A DNA stretch of 64,000 bases, from contig RSEE01000099.1 of the NCBI GenBank assembly GCA_003971905.1, forward strand, positions 124,001 through 188,000, written 5' to 3'. Below, piece after piece: positions 57,601-64,000 of the stretch; within the stretch, counting starts at the first letter, position 1; each line of letters begins with the position of its first letter. A program made the position numbers and the translations under genes. The stretch comes from Moniliella sp. 'wahieum'. Lineage: Eukaryota. The notes below the pieces were generated by a model, which saw only the letters and a program-made list of their open reading frames with translations, did not search any database and had not been told where the DNA came from.

Positions 57601-58106
57601 GAGTAGGTCTAGCGCGGCGTGGTTGTACTGTTGGTGAACGTACATGACGTGCTCGATGGTGTTGGCTGCGGTGTGTTGGGTGGCGACGGCAGCTTTGGCC
57701 GCGTGTTCGTTTGTGGGTGTCGGTTTCGGGACGATGTTCAGCTTGTATGAGGAATCCGCGATTGGTGATATTTGCCATGCTTGTCATTTAACCAGATACC
57801 TTTTCGGTGGGGGGCGAACCAGGATGCGTGGCCTGCGTCACTTATTTGCGCTACGCTCGTGAGATTGCTTGCTATGCCGGGGACGTATAGACTGCCGGGT
57901 AGGTCTACATGGATACATTTGCCGTCGGTACACTTGATACCGATGCTACATGTTCCGCGTCCACTGGCTTTAATATGTTTTCCATCAGCGATTTCGATTG
58001 AGCGGTTGCTGGGCTTGAGGGTTTTGAATACCCTGAGATCCTTCCAGATGCTAGGATCCGCGCCCGAGTCGTGACGAGACTGGATGTCCTGGTTGCCCGC
58101 GAGTTC
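54633..58106 (-). CDS. pol: Copia pol: protease, integrase, reverse transcriptase, RNase H (several frame breaks)
   Basis: PR DSGA. IN H-H-CPTC with HADVV / KTDNAPE / NGVAER. RT RARLVAGG, DVHSAYLNA, KSLYGLHQSG, VHTDD. RH YTDADLAGD, AAEY, YCDN, ADILTKP. The stop codon falls in the first bases of the 3' LTR. Confidence 0.93.
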
Positions 58107-59339
58107 CTATTTGTCAGATAGGGCAAGGTCCACAGACAGGGTCTCCCCTTCGGAGACGTCGTCTTCGGTGGCAATGTGCGCTCGCGCGGAGCTGTTGCGG
58201 TGCCATTTGTTGTTCGAAGGAACCCCGGTGTGGCCGGACGGCTTTCTCGCAAGAGCACCCCCGCTACGGGGAGATGCACCGGCAGGAGGACCCCCGCTAT
58301 GCTGCTGGGATCCCGCGCTGTCGTGTTTGCCAGCGCCCGAGTTGGCGGTCCGGGGGTGACGGCCCCGGTACGGAATTCTGTACTCTGGGTCCGCTGGGAT
58401 TCTCTCCACGTCTTGCATTGTCTCCGCCAGAGTCATGTGCTCTAGGCGGCGACGGTCACCAGGGTCGCGGAGGGCCCCGACGAGGATACGGCGGAATTGC
58501 TCGTCCGACATCGGTGTGGTTGCGCTGATCCGGTTGCGGAGCGTCCCCATTTCAGATAGGAACTCGCTCCCGCTGCGCCGGTTTTGGTAGCAGTGGTGAA
58601 AGCGACTGGACAATTCATGATACGTCTTGCAGTCGACCGTACCGTATTTGTTTCGCAGGGCACGGAGCAAGTCAGCTGACGTGTCAACGTTGTCCTGTGC
58701 AATAATGGCAGATTGAACGTCGTTCGGGAGGTGGGACCACAGAAGGTTCTGGAGGCGTAGATCGAGGGACGAGTCGTAGTGTGGTGACGATGGACCGGAG
58801 CGAACGATGTCCTTCGCGGCGGGGTGGATGCGGTCCAGGATGTTGAGGATGGAGGGCTCCCAGAGCACATATTCGGTGGGGTCGCGGAAGGCGTCCTTGC
58901 GCGTCGCGTTGGTACGCTCGATCTCTTTTGACGCGCGTTTCTCAGCGTGGCGAAGCTCGGCCATGTCCTCACTCGCGGATGCAAGGGCCTCACGGGTGTT
59001 TTGCGGCTTCGTGAATTCAACGGCCAATACATATTTCTCCAACGCGAGGGTGAGCGTGTAGATCCAATTTTCCTTTCCGCCCGGTGTTTTCTTGCTCTTC
59101 GGTCCATACGCCGCCGTGTGTGCATCCGTAGCGAACGAGCGGCATGTGGAGCGGAGATTGTCAGCGCTGGTGGGCTTGAACGCGCGGGTGCTTGCGAGGA
59201 GGTTGTCTCTGACGTCGGTGAGGGCCTGTTGCCAGGTCGGGTCGGAGACAGGGGTGGTGGTCGGTTCGTCGATGTCCTGCGCCTCTTCGATGACAGAGAC
59301 TTCGGGAGGAGGGGTGTTTTCTTCCAGTTCGGGGGGCAT
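58107..59339 (-). CDS. gag: Copia gag
   Basis: Long ORF from MPPELEEN (ATG 59339) with YVLWEPSI, SADLLRALRNKYG and EFLSEM helical gag-like segments. Ends at TAG 58107-58109. Confidence 0.8.
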   Translation of the reverse strand: MPPELEENTPPPEVSVIEEAQDIDEPTTTPVSDPTWQQALTDVRDNLLASTRAFKPTSADNLRSTCRSFATDAHTAAYGPKSKKTPGGKENWIYTLTLALEKYVLAVEFTKPQNTREALASASEDMAELRHAEKRASKEIERTNATRKDAFRDPTEYVLWEPSILNILDRIHPAAKDIVRSGPSSPHYDSSLDLRLQNLLWSHLPNDVQSAIIAQDNVDTSADLLRALRNKYGTVDCKTYHELSSRFHHCYQNRRSGSEFLSEMGTLRNRISATTPMSDEQFRRILVGALRDPGDRRRLEHMTLAETMQDVERIPADPEYRIPYRGRHPRTANSGAGKHDSAGSQQHSGGPPAGASPRSGGALARKPSGHTGVPSNNKWHRNSSARAHIATEDDVSEGETLSVDLALSDK

Positions 59340-59486
59340 GGTGGCTGATTTTTCCTTTGTTTTTTTTTGAATTGGTTGGTGTGTGGTGCCGATGGTGGCG
59401 TTGGGGTGGTGGTGGTGACGGTGGGCGCCGATGGTGGTGCTGAGTATTGATCCTTTGCGCCAGTGGGGTGCTTCAGATTGTAGCTC

Positions 59487-59697
59487 TGTCACAGGCCTAG
59501 CTAGCGATGCTGGCGATGGTCGATGGAGATGGCATTCAAGAGCTAAGGAGAGCTAGAGCTATGGGCCTTGATAGGCTCCTGGCCTGGAGGCCAGTGGAAA
59601 CCCGTGGAAGGGTCGGAACTCACTGCCCCGGTGCACTGTGTGGATCGGGCCACGTGTCACTGAAGGCCGATGGGCTCTAGACCACTGGTGGTCAACA
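59487..59697 (-). repeat. 5' LTR of the copia element (211 bp)
   Basis: Identical to 54428-54638. Confidence 0.97.
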
Positions 59698-60602
59698 CAC
59701 ACCGCCCGCACTAGGCACTGGGCAGTCTGTTCTGCGTTGTTTTTTCCGCAACAGCGAACACCTTCACTGCCCCGTGTCTCGCGCACATTCAGGATGCAAC
59801 CTCATGCGGTAGAATCCAATCCAGCAGTCTACGTCTGTCCACCACTCTGCCAAGACGCCAACAACATTCAGTTGATTCGCACATCCCATCTGGGCCCTCG
59901 AGCGAGCCTCGACCATCGCGATTCACGCGTGCCATACAATCTACCCAGAGGCATTCCGACGCAGTGACGGTCAGGTGACCCGCTGGCTGTCCCACCGGTC
60001 ACGTGTAGATCTTTTTGAAGCCCCGATTTGTTTGCAATTTCAGGCGCCTTTTCACAGCGCTTTCACATCTCAACACAAGAAACGCTGCTATGTATGCCCA
60101 ACTCTCTCCCTCCACTTATTTTTAGTTGAACGCCGAGAGAGGACGCGTTACTAGTTACTGCCCGCCCTGCAAAGCTTCGCGAAAAGAATCCCTTTGTGTA
60201 TGCCCCTGCTCTTTCCCGTGGTCTTCTGTCGGAGGCAAGAGAGCAGAGTTGTTGTTAGCGTATTGCTCCACATGCGAGTCTACACATATAGATGCTAGAG
60301 AGACTGTGTATATTTCTTCCTCTCTCCAGGAACGAATATCGGAGGAGGAGAATTAAGTGCGCCGAGAAGTATACTTTGGCGAAAGTGTTGCCCTAATGGC
60401 ACAGCCATCTATTTACCAGTAGCAAACAGCAGTTACCCTCCGCAGCATCCGCAGCCGGGGCGGATCCCACAGCCGGTGGCTCTCTCTACACACACATAGG
60501 ACAGAGACAACGCGCGCTCTCTCTCTCTTTTACCGGTTATATAGTTCCTCGCTCGGATGTCAACATGTCAACCACGTTCATCCGTGTCCCACGCGCTTCC
60601 TA

Positions 60603-60672
60603 GTGTACGGGACCGGCTGGCGAGAACCAGACGAGGGTCCGATATCCTGGCGATCCCCCTGGTTCCTTAACC
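60603..60672 (+). repeat. Dispersed ~75-bp repeat, copy 2
   Basis: Aligns by eye with 29378-29453. Confidence 0.7.
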
Positions 60673-62873
60673 TTGGTGGCGCTTCCAAGTAACCCCTGCA
60701 AGATGAACGATTCGGTTTAGACGTAGCGTTCCCCTGTCCCAGCCTTCAGCTCTGTCAATGAAATGGACGCAATCTAGAAAGAAGAACTAACTGTACAGGT
60801 ATGGCACATGCCCTGTAGCGTATGATAGACACATCAATGAGATCTGAGACCTGGAGTCCTGATGGTCCTCGAGGGTGATGCAATCGCACTGGTGGTGGTA
60901 GTAGTCTAAGACAACATCAACGCCTACAGAGGACATCAAGCAGCGAGTCGCCACCAGGGGCTATGGCTGCGGAACAAGGAAAACCGAAGGGGAAAGCAAC
61001 GGAACTGTGCTATCGGGGCTATCGGGACTGAAGGCACCTTATGACCGAAGCACACGATCCACCCGCGGGTGTAGCTCAACAACTACATAATAGGCGCATG
61101 AGCACGAACCCACCGCGTTGATGACGCGATGACGTTGATGATGCCCCCCCGCATCGGAAAGTGCCGGGAAAAGGCAAGGGACATATATTTTTGGGGAATG
61201 CGCATCATGTGCATCATGATGCATGATGGATGATCCTGTCAAAGTAGGTATATATAGGTAGCCGGTGGCCTTTCTGCATACCTTTCGGAGAGCAACCATT
61301 GTGATCCTCTGACTCGAAAGGAACCCCCTGTTCCCTGTTGATACGCGGGCAACTGCATCTGCGGTCGGGCTAAGTGGGGCGAAAGCTCCAGACACAGCCT
61401 GTGAGAAAAACGCCGGATGCCAGGAATATGAAATGGTTACCCCACACTGAGATGGGGATGCGCTATCGGAACAAAGAGGCGGAGGTTGGGGCTGATGCAT
61501 GATGGCGTTGATGCCGATGAACGATTGGTGGCGGGATCAATTTTCGAAGCTGCTGGGCCCAAGGCTTTACCATCAGTAGGTCTGGTGCGGACGGGATTTG
61601 ATGTGAGGGAGATTCTGAGGCGTCTGAGCGCACCTGGGAAGAGCCCGAGATCTGATCTATGGATGGAACACTGAGTGTAGGACCGAGTACTGATTCATAT
61701 TGATGGACGGAAGGGCGCACGCCATACGTAGTGCTGATGAGCTGTTGCTGTCCGCTTCATGGCGTGCTGCGAACAAATAGGGTTGGCCGCATCCACCTCC
61801 CCAATCACAGGTCACCGATCAGCAATCAGTGCATCGATCATCGATCATCGATCAGCTATCCCTCTTCTCCGCTGCTTCTGCCTGCGCCGGCGTTTTCAGC
61901 ACTGGATATCTGACACCAACATGGCGTACACCCAGCCGTGACGGTGATGACCACGTTCGCAAGCCTTCTCTCCGCCTCGGCCTTCCTTCTCGCCGCGCGC
62001 GGGGGGCAGACTGAGATCTGAGATTGGGAAGATAAATTCTTGATCTAGATCCGTGCCCAGGCAGGGCACGCCAGCCCCCGCGGCTGGCCCGGAGTCAGAG
62101 GGAGTGCTGGTTCTGCGCCCGGCTTCAAGCTCCAAGCCTTGGCGCCTCGCTATCGGGCTGAGATGGCGGCATGTGCGGAGAGAGGACCTGCCGACCAGAG
62201 GCTGTCGGACATTATACCCTGCAAAGGCAATCTCGAGAACCCGTGCAAGCGCCAGTAGGCGATGCATGATGATGATGCAGAGCTGGTAGCCACCGCCGGA
62301 TGCCCGCCTCGGGCGAGTCTGCTGGTCAGACACGCCGTCTGCATTGAGGCGTGGAAAAAACATCTCGACTCGTCCCGTGTCTGCTTGCCTCGCGCCCCCG
62401 AGCTGCCGCCGCCCAGCGCAGCAAGCCTCTGCCCACGCACCCGGCTGCGAGCCCTCCATTCGCCCACCCCACCCGGTCCTTTCCATGATGCATGAGGTAT
62501 GAATCAGAGTATGAACAGGAAGATGATGTGCACGGTGCATGACGCTGACGACGGATGAAAAGCCAGTGACTAGTGACTAGTGACGCTTGAAGAGGGCGAG
62601 CGAGGAAGCTTGAAGTGCATGACGTGCGATGCCCCCCCGGCACGCGACCGTCTGCCCGGTTATTGGTCTGCACGTGTTTGGGGGATTATAGCATCCTCTT
62701 CCCTGCCAGCTCCCCTGTTACACTGGCAGCCAACCCGCGGCATCAGTACTAGTAGTAACCCCGTATATGTAACTCCTGTACCTCTCTCTCCATATATATA
62801 CCGCCACTTGCTCAGCACTCTCCCATCCCTCCTCTACCTTTCTTCCCCACCTTTCCTCTTCCTCCCTGACACG

Positions 62874-64000
62874 ATGGCTGTTACTACCAAGCCTGAAATC
62901 CCCGCCTGGGTGCCCGCGCCCCCGTCCAAGAAGAGTACGTTTTGGTCGTTGCCACCCTGTCTCTTCCCGTTTTTCCTTGCAGCATTCTTTTCCCTCGCTG
63001 ATGACAGAATACTGACTCTCGTTTTTGCTCTTTGCAGCTGACTTTGACTGGGCTCCCCTTGCTACTTTGGACCTGTCGAAGGTGACGGGGAGGACTACAC
63101 TCAAGTTCCTGACGATGTCGTCGAAGCAGTGGGCAAGGCGTTCCACGAGGATGGCTTTGTCTATGCTTTGAACCACGGTCTGGATTGGGACTATGTCAAG
63201 CGGCAGTTTGCCATTGGCCAATACGCCTTTGACGGTGTGCCTACCGAAGAAAAGAAGAAGCTCCAGGCGGACATTTTGCGCACGGGTAGCTTTACCGGGT
63301 ACAAGGCGCAAGGACATTGGAAGTTGGACCATGTCCCGGACCGCATTGAGCAGTTCAATGTGGTCAGCACCCGTTGGCAAAAGGACAAGATTGCCAGCTC
63401 CTTCCCGCCCCAGTTGGTCCATTTCTCGATGAGATTCACGAGTTTACGCTGCACAACCAGCGGATTTACCGACAGATTCTGAGTGTGCTCTCGCGCGTGC
63501 TCAAGCTGCCGGCGGACTACCTGTGGCGCCTAAGCCAGAACCCAGAGGAAAAGGGTGTGGACTTGTTGCGCTATGCGGCGTACTATGCCCCTTCCAAGGC
63601 GGATGACGGATCCCACGGCGTGCGGTTGCAAGGCCACACGGACTTCAATGCGGTCACCCTGCTCTGGTCGCAACCCATCACCTCGCTCGAAGTTCTCATG
63701 CCCGACAACAAGTGGCGCTTTGTGCGGCACATTGACAATGCCTTGGTGCTCAACCTGGGCGATGTGATGCACTTCCTCAGCGGTGGCTATTTGAAGCAGA
63801 CGATTCACCGTGTCGTTGCGCCGCCTGAGGACCAGGCTGATACGTGCGTCTGGGCACGTTTTACTTTGCTTTCCCCAATGCGGATGTGCCTCTGCTGCCG
63901 CTCACCGAGTCGCCGGTCGTGCGCGAGCATTACGGCAAGCGCCCCGTCGGCTTTTGGGAAAAGGAGATTGCGCGTGGCGGCCACGTCCCGACCGCTGGCG
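62874..64000 (+). CDS. 2-oxoglutarate/Fe(II)-dependent dioxygenase (IPNS/DIOX_N-like), truncated by the window end; intron 62935-63037
   Basis: Motifs WVPAPPSKK|TDFDWAPLATLDLSK, GFVYALNHG, iron ligands GHTDF and TIHRVV, TLLWSQP, LVLNLGD. Confidence 0.9.

Larger units (their letters stand above)
54428..59697 (-). mobile_element. Full-length Ty1/copia LTR retrotransposon, recent insertion
   Basis: Identical 211-bp TG..CA LTRs and a CACAC target-site duplication (54423-54427 and 59698-59702). Domain order gag-PR-IN-RT-RH. PPT-like AGCGGGGG abuts the 3' LTR. Confidence 0.97.

Noticed and set aside
59470..59490. tRNA gene
   Set aside because: Only an anticodon-arm-like hairpin is present, with no acceptor, D or T arm. 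It is treated as the retroelement PBS.
59800..60060. Faint copia RNase H-like words (LCQD.., VDLFEAP) right of the young element, and similar hints at 53940-54300
   Set aside because: The matches are too weak and frame-broken to support by eye.
62874..64000. Secondary-metabolite gene cluster around the 2OG oxygenase
   Set aside because: No backbone enzyme or tailoring neighbours occur within this window, and downstream sequence is not visible.

Overview
This is a GC-rich eukaryotic window, most consistent with a basidiomycete fungus: short GT-AG introns carry CTRAC branch points and the gene set is fungal. Nearly every long gene is split by single-base indels, which points to an unpolished long-read assembly, so CDS ends are approximate. 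Genes in order: Mid1 Ca2+-channel subunit, a coiled-coil protein, two head-to-head near-identical GAPDH genes, a 7-TM membrane protein, GCN20/ABCF3, a Zn2Cys6 transcription factor, DED1, KEI1, a divergent DH-PH-CNH RhoGEF-like gene, GPN2, a ChAPs/exomer subunit, an RWDD2-like protein, mitochondrial uS17, a SUR7/PalI protein and a 2OG-Fe(II) oxygenase cut by the window end. Mobile DNA includes one young Ty1/copia element with identical 211-bp LTRs and a CACAC target-site duplication, plus several decayed retroelement relics. The most unusual signal is an intergenic family of 7-bp-period tandem arrays. Each unit is a 6-bp A..T palindrome plus one spacer base, and at least ten different palindromic cores follow this rule. 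Also notable are the homogenised inverted GAPDH pair, the copia element's atypical primer-binding site and in-frame gag-TAG-pol junction, and a RhoGEF-like gene lacking the conserved DH CR1 Thr-Glu.
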